A stretch of DNA of 64,000 nucleotides, taken from positions 1-64,000 of IMG/VR virus record IMGVR_UViG_3300029288_000143. The stretch is one strand, 5' to 3'. The first letter of the stretch is position 1. The number at the start of each line of letters is the position of its first letter. Source of the DNA: a virus. Lineage: Duplodnaviria > Caudoviricetes. The notes under the pieces were generated by a model, which was given only the letters and a program-made list of their open reading frames with translations, was not told the DNA's origin and searched no databases. A program made the position numbers and the translations under genes. This document shows, piece after piece, positions 38,194 through 47,732 of the stretch.

Positions 38194-39081
38194 ATGCCGT
38201 TATCCGACGTCACCAAACAGGACTTTCTACAACGCAACATAATTGATAATCCCGGACTCAAACGCTATATTGGTTCGTTGGCCAAGCAGCGCTTGCGTTT
38301 CGTCTGGGGCAACGACCGGGCTATCGAGCGCGAGGACATCGAAGCCGAACTCATGCTCAAGGCTGTGGAGGCCGCGAGGAAATGCGAGGCCAAAGGGATC
38401 GATGGCCGACACTGTACCAATACTCTGAGAGTCGCGGTAACGAATCACAGCTTGAATCTAGCGACACGCTTCGGGTCAAAGGCACGCAACCCCCTGACGC
38501 GTGTCAGTAAGGCCGACAAATTCCGAACTGCCTGGTGGACAGATTTGGAAGCGAATTCAGTAATTCAGGTCATGGTCTCGACTCACCCCCGCCACCGCAA
38601 AAATAAATACATCCTGACGTGCAATACTAATTCTGGCCTACAGCAGTATTGCCACGTGAACCGCCTTTTCGATACTGAAGAAGATGCACGCAAAAGTCTA
38701 AAACGCTATCGCGTCTTAGGCGATGGCAAGCGCAAAGCCGTCGTAGATCTCACTGTCGATATGGACGATTTCCAGCCCACAACCAAATCATTTGATCTCC
38801 CGACCTCGCAGGATGGCGAAACTACTTTGTACAATTTCGTCGGCGGCAAAAAAGACAAAAGCACCGAAATAGAATTAAACAAAATACGCAATCCGAAAAC
38901 CCGTGCTTGTTGCGCTCTGGCGCTGGGTTGTGGGGACTACGAGACCTTCCGGGTTTGGGCACAGCAGCACGGCTGCGATATCGGAACTACCACGTATCGT
39001 GAATTCCTACGGCTCGCCATGGAGTTCTGCGGGGTGGAAAAAGAAGATCTAGAGCGTGCCTTGACCAAATTCCGCCAGTAG
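38194..39081 (+). CDS. phage sigma-factor-like protein
   Basis: region-2-like EREDIEAELMLKAVEAARK..TLRVAVTNHSLNL; region-3.2-like SFDLPTSQDGETTLYNFV; GGAG RBS before ATG 38194. Confidence 0.6.
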   Translation: MPLSDVTKQDFLQRNIIDNPGLKRYIGSLAKQRLRFVWGNDRAIEREDIEAELMLKAVEAARKCEAKGIDGRHCTNTLRVAVTNHSLNLATRFGSKARNPLTRVSKADKFRTAWWTDLEANSVIQVMVSTHPRHRKNKYILTCNTNSGLQQYCHVNRLFDTEEDARKSLKRYRVLGDGKRKAVVDLTVDMDDFQPTTKSFDLPTSQDGETTLYNFVGGKKDKSTEIELNKIRNPKTRACCALALGCGDYETFRVWAQQHGCDIGTTTYREFLRLAMEFCGVEKEDLERALTKFRQ

Positions 39082-39084
39082 CGC

Positions 39085-39113
39085 TTGACTTTCACCCGTC
39101 TGTACAGTAAACT
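39085..39113 (+). promoter_or_regulatory. sigma70-type promoter
   Basis: TTGACT-17-TAAACT. Confidence 0.7.
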
Positions 39114-39134
39114 CCTACTATTGCAGTAGGAGCA

Positions 39135-39722
39135 GTGATGCCAAATAATTCTTTCTGGTCTAACGAACTAGTACAAACCGGCCCAGACACCTGGGAGGTC
39201 CGCTACGGCAAACACCAAGGCCAGCGGCAAAAGGTCTCCGCAGCCAGAAACAGGGAGGCCGGCGTCAAACCCGCGCAGCACAACCGCGTCAGGGTATACA
39301 AGTATTTCCTGGACCGTAGACACAAAACCATTACAGACGCCCAGGGTAATGTAGTAGCACGGCGCGTTACTATTACTCAAGGCAAAAAACTCATGGGGCA
39401 CAAGCAAACGCTCGTACGCTTCATGATGGATGGATTGGAATGGGCCGGGCGTACGGTGCTGGGCGGTAAGAACGCGTTGGTGCTTCGCCCAGGCCGACGG
39501 AAAATTGCCAAGTGCCCATGCGGTAAAACGTTGAAATCGGATAATGCCACAGGGCTCTGCCGTGAGTGCAGGAAAAAAGAAACTCAGAGCAAAAATAAAA
39601 CCTGCACAGAATGCGGCAAGGCCATCAGAGACCAAAATGTGACAGGTCTGTGTGCAAAACATTACCGAGAGTCGAAGCACGCAGCAGAGCAAAAGCGTAA
39701 TTTCAACCCCTTTGCACCGTAA
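39135..39722 (+). CDS. basic protein with two C-terminal Zn-finger repeats
   Basis: CPCGKTLKSDNATGLCREC and CTECGKAIRDQNVTGLCAKH; RBS AGGAG. Confidence 0.75.
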   Translation: MMPNNSFWSNELVQTGPDTWEVRYGKHQGQRQKVSAARNREAGVKPAQHNRVRVYKYFLDRRHKTITDAQGNVVARRVTITQGKKLMGHKQTLVRFMMDGLEWAGRTVLGGKNALVLRPGRRKIAKCPCGKTLKSDNATGLCRECRKKETQSKNKTCTECGKAIRDQNVTGLCAKHYRESKHAAEQKRNFNPFAP

Positions 39723-39730
39723 CGAATTTT

Positions 39731-39748
39731 CACCTTAAATTGTAATAG
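39731..39748 (+). promoter_or_regulatory. candidate phage late promoter
   Basis: CACCTTA-aattg-TAATAG. Confidence 0.6.
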
Positions 39749-39781
39749 CGGCTTTCCGCCCACCAGGGCGAAGCCCTGCTT

Positions 39782-40765
39782 ATGATCCAAACTCGACCCT
39801 CCCCACAATTTATTCGTATCGACCCCATGAGCGAAACTGCGCTCTCAGGGCTCGCGGAGCGCGACATCACGCGCTACCTCGAGGTCGTGAAGCTCACGTT
39901 GCAGCGCTTCATGGAAGAGTGTCTGGGCAAGGAAGGTCAGTTCCGGGAATTCTTCGACCGCTTCGCCAGTTTCACCACGGGTTTCATCGTAAATGAAACT
40001 CTGGACCGAGACCCCAATAAGCGGCATCTACAAATAGCCAGATATTTCGACGACATTCAAGAGCGCCCGCCACAGATTTTCATCCAGGACAATGGGTATA
40101 ATTACCAGCCGTCCGGCTTAGGCGGAATTGACGATGGCTGGAATATGCGGAATGAACGCGGGCAACAAGTAATTCGTGTTGCAGACGTAGTGACGATCCC
40201 CTGCCAGATTACCTGCGCCGCGTTGTCTGAGCAGGACATCAACAACATGGCGGCATTTATTTCTGCGGCTTTCGGACAGTTTCAGCAGGAGATCTGCAAA
40301 TATATCCTGAAGCCCAAGCCAAATCCGGACCGTCCTGCACACTGGGAAGTACGCCTACCCTTCACGTTCAAAGTCAGTCCCAAGAAACATGAATCTCTGC
40401 ACGAGGACACTCGGCAACAACTCTGGTCCGTGACGGCCGACATGGACGTAGTGTTTGAAAACTCCGTCTACATGATCTACGCGAACCAACCCAAACTCGA
40501 GTTCACGGAAGGCACTCTGGGCGTTTCCGTGCCGTCAACTATCCGGTTGGGCCAGAACGTTCCCATTAACCTGACGAAACATCCCCCACGCTTCACCGTT
40601 TATACTGATGATCCGCGCGTAGCTGTGGTGCACAAAACCAATTTGACTTTCTCGCTGCAGCCCAGACGCCCCGGCACCTGCACGTTGTTCGTCACCGCAG
40701 AAGATGGTGGGTCCAAAGGTCCCAGGATATTTTTCCAGCAGACCATTACGGTGGTTTCCAGATAA
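39782..40765 (+). CDS. tail completion/neck-like protein with C-terminal Ig-like domain
   Basis: position before the sheath; beta-rich; VYTDDPRVAVV..PRRPGTCTL. Confidence 0.5.
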   Translation: MIQTRPSPQFIRIDPMSETALSGLAERDITRYLEVVKLTLQRFMEECLGKEGQFREFFDRFASFTTGFIVNETLDRDPNKRHLQIARYFDDIQERPPQIFIQDNGYNYQPSGLGGIDDGWNMRNERGQQVIRVADVVTIPCQITCAALSEQDINNMAAFISAAFGQFQQEICKYILKPKPNPDRPAHWEVRLPFTFKVSPKKHESLHEDTRQQLWSVTADMDVVFENSVYMIYANQPKLEFTEGTLGVSVPSTIRLGQNVPINLTKHPPRFTVYTDDPRVAVVHKTNLTFSLQPRRPGTCTLFVTAEDGGSKGPRIFFQQTITVVSR

Positions 40766-40767
40766 TC

Positions 40768-41058
40768 ATGGATACAGATTTACAGAAAGAATATGGAGTT
40801 CTGTACACCAAAGTACTAGATATTTTGTACACAGCGGATTTAGCACAAACCCACAGTCCAGATCCAAATGAATACTGGCCAGAAGTCGGTGAAATAATTC
40901 CTCGACTGCACCTGTGCGGATCTCCGGAAGAAGTCCATAGTCTAGTCTATCGAGTTTTTTGCCAATTATTTAGCGATAAAATAGCTGGAGATTTTGATCG
41001 TTATCGTGCCCCGGCAGAACGAATTTTTGAAGCGTACATTTTATATCAGCCTGTCTAG
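40768..41058 (+). CDS. DUF1871-like helical protein
   Basis: NEY.PEVGEII.RL.....EEV..LVY.VF..LF. Confidence 0.5.
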   Translation: MDTDLQKEYGVLYTKVLDILYTADLAQTHSPDPNEYWPEVGEIIPRLHLCGSPEEVHSLVYRVFCQLFSDKIAGDFDRYRAPAERIFEAYILYQPV

Positions 41059-41064
41059 TAAATT

Positions 41065-41082
41065 CACGTTAATATCTATTAG
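41065..41082 (+). promoter_or_regulatory. candidate phage late promoter
   Basis: CACGTTA-atatc-TATTAG upstream of the sheath. Confidence 0.6.
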
Positions 41083-41148
41083 CAATTAGCTTCCTTTTGG
41101 GTGCAGTCAATAATTGCGCCCGATTTCTTGTAGTTTAAGGAGTTCAAC

Positions 41149-44100
41149 ATGGCAATCGGCGATATCCGGCTTACCAATTCGCGTTATGTGCGTCCCGGCG
41201 CTTACATTGGATTTGTGCCGCAGCCGTCCCCAGTTTCCCCGACGGGAAACCCACGCTATCCCTGCATCGTGGGCCGTGGGTCGCGCCTCGCACGGGTTAA
41301 CGCCGAGCAGCACGTGCGTGCTCGCGTGTACGGTGAGCAGCTCACATTCACGTCTACGGCGCCGTACATCGCGTACCTGGACAATAACGCCAATCCCGAC
41401 AAGGGTTTGACGCAGGTTTACGACTCCTCGGGGCGTCCTGTGCCTTCCGACAAGTGGGCGTTCCTGGTGAATCTCTCGGCCTCGGGTTACTACAACCGCG
41501 TGCAGATTGATTCCACGACGTTCAACAAAAACGTCACGTATTACGTGGAATACCAGTCGGTAGACCGCGGCGTGCTCGACGAGATGATGTTCGACGGTGT
41601 TCGCGAGATGCTGCTCGTCGGCGATGCCGAGGGGCAGAATAAGTACGTAGAGTTCACGGACTATCGTGTGGTCACGTCGCTCGTGGGCTCCACCGTGGAC
41701 CCGGACGCCTGCACGGCGGACACAGATAATACGTTCTACGCTAGCACCATCGTGCCGGCTGCACTAGTACCCGCTCCTGCTCCTGGCGCGGGTTCTGTCG
41801 CGCTAAACGCGGCCACCAATTACATTGGTGGGTATAACCGCAAATATGTGCTAGAGTGTGTGGCCGTCAACGGTGGTGTTTCAGCAGACTTTAGTCTAAC
41901 TGTAACCAACTACTCCGGCGGTAACGCGCAGACGCCAAACGTGCCGTACGTCCCGGCAGCTACTACTTCTATTTTCCGGCGTATTTTCGCAGACCCGGCC
42001 ACAGCGTTCTCGTTGTCCAACCCCGCGAGTGTTGGTGTGCTGTCTGGTTATCTGACCACCAACCCGCTTCCCAATTTCTTTGGGTCCGACGGAATCGTAC
42101 TGGACATCGACGCGGCATTTATTGGCGGTGACGTAGGCATTACTTGGACTTGGATGGCGTATGGACCGGGCAAAGTTGAATTTGCTTCGGCACATGACAA
42201 TACTAACCAATACTCGACTGTTCTAGACCCGGTGGAGCTTGGTGATATTGACCCTGCACTAGCGGCCACCGCACAAACGTCGGGGGGTAAAATCACTGTT
42301 CATGCCGACACCGATTTTTCTGATACTTTGGACCGTAGCTATTTCCTGCACTGCAGCGCATCCGGCGGTGCGGTGCCTAATCGTACGGCCACCATCACTT
42401 GGGCAGGGTACAAGGAACTTCCGTACACCACCGGCTCCATCGGTCTCGTAGAGGGTACTCCGGCTTCGTACCAGCGGGTGCTGCTGGAAAACGGAATCTA
42501 TCTGACGTTTGCATTCGGAACGTCACACAACCTGGTGGACACTACCAACGTGCTAGCTTCGCCGGCCGCGTCTACACTTTCTAGTGCTATCACGCTGGCC
42601 AATGAAATCCGTACTGAATACGGCGAGCACGACAATAACACCGGTGGTGCTTGGCATGTCGCGGGCTCTGGAGCGCACCAAATCGTGGCTGCGGCTTCAG
42701 CAGACCTCGCGACTCTGCGGACACTTGCGCTGGATATCCAGACCAAGTACTCGGCGCACCTCGCTGACACAACTGAGCACGTCGTCGTTGATGCCATCTG
42801 GACTCTCGATACTGATCTGACCATCACGGCAGCGTCGGACCTGGCTGCGCTGGTCAATTTCCTGAACGATGTGCGTACCAAGTATACTCGGCACGGCGTA
42901 GCCAACGGATTTGACCTGGCAGACACCTGGCGCGTTGATGCCAAGGCAGCGCGGCGTGAGTTTACGGGTAAAGACGACCGTACCGTTACCCTGACGTTCA
43001 GCGCTCCTGTGGCCGCGACGTCCGTGACCGCAACGTACACGTCGTCCACTCTCGAGGGCGGTTGGGCCACCGAAACCATTTCGGATTACAGCGACCCCTG
43101 GTTTGATCTCCCGGACAACATCCGGCTCATGGTCCGAAACCTTCAGGGTTTCACTTCGAACCCTGGCCCACCGCTGATTCCTAACACGCACGAGCGCTAT
43201 GCGGCCAATGACGTCTTCACGTTCGCGACGCTCAACCACGATGAGATTGACTGGTCACTGGTAAATCGTGCGTCCGAGACCACGGATTCCTCAGATATTC
43301 GACAGGATACTCTCGGGACCATTACCGGTACTCCGCTGTATTTCTACCTCGTACTGCAGGAGACCCCAGAAACCGTGCTCAGGGTGAAGGACGCCGCTAC
43401 CCTGCTGCCCATTTCTTACACCTGGATTTCTGATACTCCGTACATCGCATTTGCCTCCGATCCTACAGTCGATGTCATCGTGGATTACGAGTACCGCGGC
43501 AACGAGCCGGACCCCGGTAATGCTTACTACATTACGGCGAACCGTATCCGTATCGACTCGGGCTCTGAGAATGAGTACGAGATCCCGCGGCGCTTCCTGA
43601 ATCATGATGCTTCTCGTCTGGGTCTGTACCCCGCGGAGACCAATAACCATCTCTGGCTCGGCAGCGAGACCATGTGGGATGCCCGTCCGTTCGGGATTTA
43701 CTGTGTGCAGGTCAAGAGCGCAGCTGGCGACGATACCTTCACGACCACGGACTATCGACGGGGTATCGATGCGACCGAGACCTCCAATGCCATCACGGAC
43801 GTAATTCCGCTGTCTCACTTCGCGGTTATTCCGTATGCCAAAACCTCGATCGAGAATATGAACAACCCCTTCGAGGCGAAAGAGCGCCTCCTGTGGGTCG
43901 GTGCGCAGGTTGGAACTCAGGTGGGTGACGAATCGACAGCCAATACCCTGGTGTATTACGCGCGTCGCACTCTTCAGTGTAGCCCAAGCTCTCCCGGCAA
44001 GGGCAACATCATTCTGATTGGTAACAACGAAGCTACCCGGACCTACGCCCTGGAAGACGGTTCAGCGACTACCGTGACGCTCGACGGTTCGTACATCGCG

Positions 44101-44679
44101 GCGTACACCGCGGCTTTGGTAGCGTCGTTCCTGAACCCCAGCGACACCATCGGACGCAAATCGGTGTCTTCATTCGACACCATCACAACGTTCAACGAGA
44201 AGGAATTGGTCCTTCTGGGTCAGGCTTCCATCACGTCGCTGGATTCTATCGGTACTGGTATTTATCAGTACGTGGAGTCTGTGACCGTCGATACCACGGA
44301 ACTCGCGCTGAACGAGATTTCGGCTCGTACTCAGGCACACTACGTCGTGAAGTACGTGCGGCAGAAGATGGACGAGACCCTGACGTATCTCGTTCCTCCT
44401 TCTCCTCTGGCCGGTGTTGCGATCATCACGAACCAGCTGGTGCTCTGCCTCAGCGGGCTCGTAGCGAGCGGCGTGATTGCGCCGTACGGCAGCGACACGA
44501 ATCCTCCGACGATCCGGCAGATTAATCCGGACCAGGATGTGTACGTGTTCGCGGATGAGATCGAGAAGACGAAGTATCACTTCTGGTATTACTTTAATGC
44601 CAGGTACCCGATCAAGCGCCTCTTCGGTCTCTACAGTGTTGATACCAAGTTCTGGCAGACCCAGTCTGCTGGTCAGTAA
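41149..44679 (+). CDS. contractile tail sheath protein with large insertion
   Basis: N-terminal YVRPGAY; C-terminal sheath core (DGSYIAA, EISAR, YNARYPIKRL); 1176 aa; AGGAG RBS. Confidence 0.85.
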   Translation: MAIGDIRLTNSRYVRPGAYIGFVPQPSPVSPTGNPRYPCIVGRGSRLARVNAEQHVRARVYGEQLTFTSTAPYIAYLDNNANPDKGLTQVYDSSGRPVPSDKWAFLVNLSASGYYNRVQIDSTTFNKNVTYYVEYQSVDRGVLDEMMFDGVREMLLVGDAEGQNKYVEFTDYRVVTSLVGSTVDPDACTADTDNTFYASTIVPAALVPAPAPGAGSVALNAATNYIGGYNRKYVLECVAVNGGVSADFSLTVTNYSGGNAQTPNVPYVPAATTSIFRRIFADPATAFSLSNPASVGVLSGYLTTNPLPNFFGSDGIVLDIDAAFIGGDVGITWTWMAYGPGKVEFASAHDNTNQYSTVLDPVELGDIDPALAATAQTSGGKITVHADTDFSDTLDRSYFLHCSASGGAVPNRTATITWAGYKELPYTTGSIGLVEGTPASYQRVLLENGIYLTFAFGTSHNLVDTTNVLASPAASTLSSAITLANEIRTEYGEHDNNTGGAWHVAGSGAHQIVAAASADLATLRTLALDIQTKYSAHLADTTEHVVVDAIWTLDTDLTITAASDLAALVNFLNDVRTKYTRHGVANGFDLADTWRVDAKAARREFTGKDDRTVTLTFSAPVAATSVTATYTSSTLEGGWATETISDYSDPWFDLPDNIRLMVRNLQGFTSNPGPPLIPNTHERYAANDVFTFATLNHDEIDWSLVNRASETTDSSDIRQDTLGTITGTPLYFYLVLQETPETVLRVKDAATLLPISYTWISDTPYIAFASDPTVDVIVDYEYRGNEPDPGNAYYITANRIRIDSGSENEYEIPRRFLNHDASRLGLYPAETNNHLWLGSETMWDARPFGIYCVQVKSAAGDDTFTTTDYRRGIDATETSNAITDVIPLSHFAVIPYAKTSIENMNNPFEAKERLLWVGAQVGTQVGDESTANTLVYYARRTLQCSPSSPGKGNIILIGNNEATRTYALEDGSATTVTLDGSYIAAYTAALVASFLNPSDTIGRKSVSSFDTITTFNEKELVLLGQASITSLDSIGTGIYQYVESVTVDTTELALNEISARTQAHYVVKYVRQKMDETLTYLVPPSPLAGVAIITNQLVLCLSGLVASGVIAPYGSDTNPPTIRQINPDQDVYVFADEIEKTKYHFWYYFNARYPIKRLFGLYSVDTKFWQTQSAGQ

Positions 44680-44685
44680 CTAAGG

Positions 44686-44730
44686 GCGCCGGGTCCACGC
44701 TTAACTATATGTGGACCCGGCGCAATTTTT
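44686..44730 (+). terminator. intrinsic terminator after sheath
   Basis: gcgccgggtccac / gtggacccggcgc followed by aattttt. Confidence 0.75.
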
Positions 44731-44731
44731 C

Positions 44732-45145
44732 ATGATTCTAGAAGTCAGTGCCGAGTATGATGCCGCCACGGACGTCGCGCAAGTCGCAACGATTGTGCAA
44801 ACTGACGCCGGAGTATCAGCAGCAGACCAGGTCGAATCCGGAGTAGTGGAATTACTTCAAGGTTCAGCTGCACAGTACAGCGCGGCGTTTAATTATCGTG
44901 ACGTCGTGTTGATCGAAAACGACGGGCAGTATTCTGACGTTGGGCGTTTTTATACTTTTGTGCTCCATCCTAATATGCAAAAGCATATGACAGCTCGGTG
45001 CACAGTGACGCTAAATAATGGAGATACGGCGACCCGAGTCGTTCCTGTAAATTATCGTTATGTGGGATCGACAATGCCGACATTGAATCCTCTGTTCGGC
45101 GGTGTTGAGAATTACGATTTCGAACAAACCCCAGACAAGCCGTAG
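44732..45145 (+). CDS. hypothetical tail-region protein
   Basis: ATG 44732 (track GTG 44711 lies inside the hairpin). Confidence 0.6.
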   Translation: MILEVSAEYDAATDVAQVATIVQTDAGVSAADQVESGVVELLQGSAAQYSAAFNYRDVVLIENDGQYSDVGRFYTFVLHPNMQKHMTARCTVTLNNGDTATRVVPVNYRYVGSTMPTLNPLFGGVENYDFEQTPDKP

Positions 45146-45151
45146 GTCCAT

Positions 45152-45583
45152 ATGTTATACCCATGCAGAATTGATTGGCCAGCCAATATCACAGCGGGCG
45201 ATGAGTACACGTTTGTCGTTGAAGACACGGCGCTGGCAAACGCCAATGCGATTTACGAGCCGGTGCTCAGAGTTTATAATTTCGGGACTGAAACGTTAGA
45301 TCTCACGATTACCCACAAGCTAGACCTGGGTACTGGCGATGACCCACTACACAACGGTATCTTTGAAATGGATGTCGTCGTGACGATCATTCCAACCGGT
45401 ACTTACGTGGACTTCACTTTCGGCGGTCTGCATCTCGCTACTGATACCGTTTTGGCCGTTACCCACACCGTTGAAGTCGCGAATGCCTCGGGGTCCACGC
45501 AGCTCATGCATGCCGTACTTTACGGCAAAGCCGAACTCGAAGCTCAGCTTCCAGCGTCTGCGGCGATTATTCGCAACGCTTAA
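45152..45583 (+). CDS. beta-sandwich tail-region protein
   Basis: beta-rich. Confidence 0.65.
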   Translation: MLYPCRIDWPANITAGDEYTFVVEDTALANANAIYEPVLRVYNFGTETLDLTITHKLDLGTGDDPLHNGIFEMDVVVTIIPTGTYVDFTFGGLHLATDTVLAVTHTVEVANASGSTQLMHAVLYGKAELEAQLPASAAIIRNA

Positions 45584-45592
45584 AGGCACGAC

Positions 45593-46270
45593 ATGATCCG
45601 CATTAGAAACATTTCACGAACTCCCACGGCACCCGGAAACCGCATAGGTTTCAAGATTAAAGGCATCGGGACTTCCGGCATGCACGCGGGTTATCTCGAT
45701 CTGGAGCCGCAGCAGCAAGTGGAACTCCCGCGTCTTGCCATGAAGGACTGGCCGTTTTCTGCCAAGCAAGCCCTGGCGGAATACGTGGCCCATGGTCTCG
45801 TGGAAGTCGCGGAAGTCGATTCCGTGCATCTATATAAAGACAAGGGACACGACCTCGCCTATTCCCCCGATTACATTCTGGCCGAAGCTGGTGCCAATAT
45901 GCTCACGGCGTCCATCACAGCAGCCATAGATTTCACTGCACAATTCAATCAGCATGCCGCGAGCACGGCGATACACACTGCAGCAGCGGTCCAAATTACG
46001 CATGCAGTGCCTACGACCACTCTAGCGAGTCTTCAGAATTGGCTAGTTAACGCGGGTGGCGCGCAGCTAGTATTCGTTGCGCACCTAGCCGATGCTGCCG
46101 CGCATTCTACTTTGGATAATTCCAACGCCATCGCTTCGATCGCGCCGGTGTCTATCCCCGCAGCGGCAGCTGCGGTCGTAGAACTCATGCGTGCGTACAC
46201 CGCGCACAAAGAATGGTTTTTAGAATCTACCGCGGCCGTGCTCAACGTTCCCGGCATCCTGACTTACTAA
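45593..46270 (+). CDS. tail-region protein with His-containing helical repeats
   Basis: FTAQFNQH, VFVAHLAD, LMRAYTAH; similar to the sheath insertion. Confidence 0.65.
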   Translation: MIRIRNISRTPTAPGNRIGFKIKGIGTSGMHAGYLDLEPQQQVELPRLAMKDWPFSAKQALAEYVAHGLVEVAEVDSVHLYKDKGHDLAYSPDYILAEAGANMLTASITAAIDFTAQFNQHAASTAIHTAAAVQITHAVPTTTLASLQNWLVNAGGAQLVFVAHLADAAAHSTLDNSNAIASIAPVSIPAAAAAVVELMRAYTAHKEWFLESTAAVLNVPGILTY

Positions 46271-46307
46271 CGTTGTCGGGCGCGGCCTGACAAAGAAAAG
46301 GTGATCC

Positions 46308-46841
46308 ATGGCACTAGATTACGCAAAATATGCATCTAACTCCGTCGGCGTCGTGACCGAGCCGCTCAATTATACTCACCCGCAAGCCCCGACTGAGAAA
46401 ACCTACCACGGCATCGCAATTTCGATCAACGGTGCCGTTGTGGGCCGCGTCCAGTCATGGAACAATAAGGGCGGTAAAACTCGTGAGGCTTCTCACGTTT
46501 ACGAACTAAACAACCGTACCTTCGGGCGCCCCGTCGATGTTGTGCCTGGCGTGGCCAAAGGGTACACTATTGCGGCTTCTGCGCTTGAATTATGGGGCAA
46601 GGAGATCGAATTTATCCTTGGATCTTCAACACGTTACATCGATCTCGTGAGCCAAACGGCTCCGTTCACCGCCGAGGAATTCTGGCACCGCGGCTCTAAC
46701 CCTTATGAAACGTGGACGTACCTTGGCTGCTGGATGACTGATATGGATCAATCCGAATTCAAATCGGACGGTGATGCTAAAGTTACGACCAACGTGAACT
46801 TTACGTATACCGCTAGAATGCACATTCAGCATTCTATCTAG
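46308..46841 (+). CDS. tail tube protein
   Basis: 177 aa after the sheath; IAISINGAVVGRVQSW, YLGCWMTD, TTNVNFTYT. Confidence 0.75.
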   Translation: MALDYAKYASNSVGVVTEPLNYTHPQAPTEKTYHGIAISINGAVVGRVQSWNNKGGKTREASHVYELNNRTFGRPVDVVPGVAKGYTIAASALELWGKEIEFILGSSTRYIDLVSQTAPFTAEEFWHRGSNPYETWTYLGCWMTDMDQSEFKSDGDAKVTTNVNFTYTARMHIQHSI

Positions 46842-46897
46842 ATTTTGGTAAATACCTAAATTCTTTGTTGTAAAACGTCCTCCGTCAGGAGGATACG

Positions 46898-47701
46898 ATG
46901 CCGACATTTGCACGCATTGATGCCAAGAGTGCTACTGTTTCCCACCACCTCCGGGCCGCGCGCCAAGTAATTCTCAATTCCCTTCCTCGTCCGTCCGATC
47001 GTGCAGTAAACAAAGTATTGGAAAGGCTCACGCAGGCATATCAAACTTTGCCGCTGCACAGGCTTACCCTTTTGATGCAGGTTATTGAAACAGCCCCGAG
47101 GATTAAACGCGCGGAATCGATGCGAAATGTTTATCAGCAACTGGACAACATTTTGCTGGATTTGGGACACTGTACAAAAACACCAGATCAAGACGACGCC
47201 ATTTTAGCGTTCATGAAAGCAGTTTCTACCAAGGGGTGGAAAACTCAGGAATTGAATGAACGCGAGACGCAACAAGATGGATTCAAACAGTCACAAGACT
47301 ACATCGATACTATTGCCGTCGACGCAGACGAACTCCTGCAAACTGAATTCGGCGTAATCTCGGTTCCCATTGTGCTATTGCAAGGATATTCTATTCCCAA
47401 GCAGGCACTGAACGATTGGTCGCAAGAACCTTATAATTTAGACATCGCGGTCGTGTTTGGCCGCTACATCACGCTTTCACCGGTTCCATGTATTGGAATT
47501 GCTAAAAAATTAGTCGAAATTCATCGGGATAAAGAAACTATCGTCGACATGACAAAATTCTTCCGGATGGCTCGGGAGCTTAAAGCTGAAATGCCAATTC
47601 CATTTCCGCGTCTGGTTGGTGGACATTATTACTGTCCGGTGTGGACAGAACGAGACGAAGCTCGACGATTTTTGAGACAGTGGGATTTGTTATTGAGATA
47701 A
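46898..47701 (+). CDS. hypothetical protein
   Basis: RBS AGGAGG. Confidence 0.7.
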   Translation: MPTFARIDAKSATVSHHLRAARQVILNSLPRPSDRAVNKVLERLTQAYQTLPLHRLTLLMQVIETAPRIKRAESMRNVYQQLDNILLDLGHCTKTPDQDDAILAFMKAVSTKGWKTQELNERETQQDGFKQSQDYIDTIAVDADELLQTEFGVISVPIVLLQGYSIPKQALNDWSQEPYNLDIAVVFGRYITLSPVPCIGIAKKLVEIHRDKETIVDMTKFFRMARELKAEMPIPFPRLVGGHYYCPVWTERDEARRFLRQWDLLLR

Positions 47702-47732
47702 CTGTAAAACCCAACCTCACTTTGAGGTCCCA

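Noticed and set aside
44696-44716. CACGCTTA as another late promoter
   Set aside because: It has an extra base, lacks the TAG element and lies within the sheath terminator hairpin
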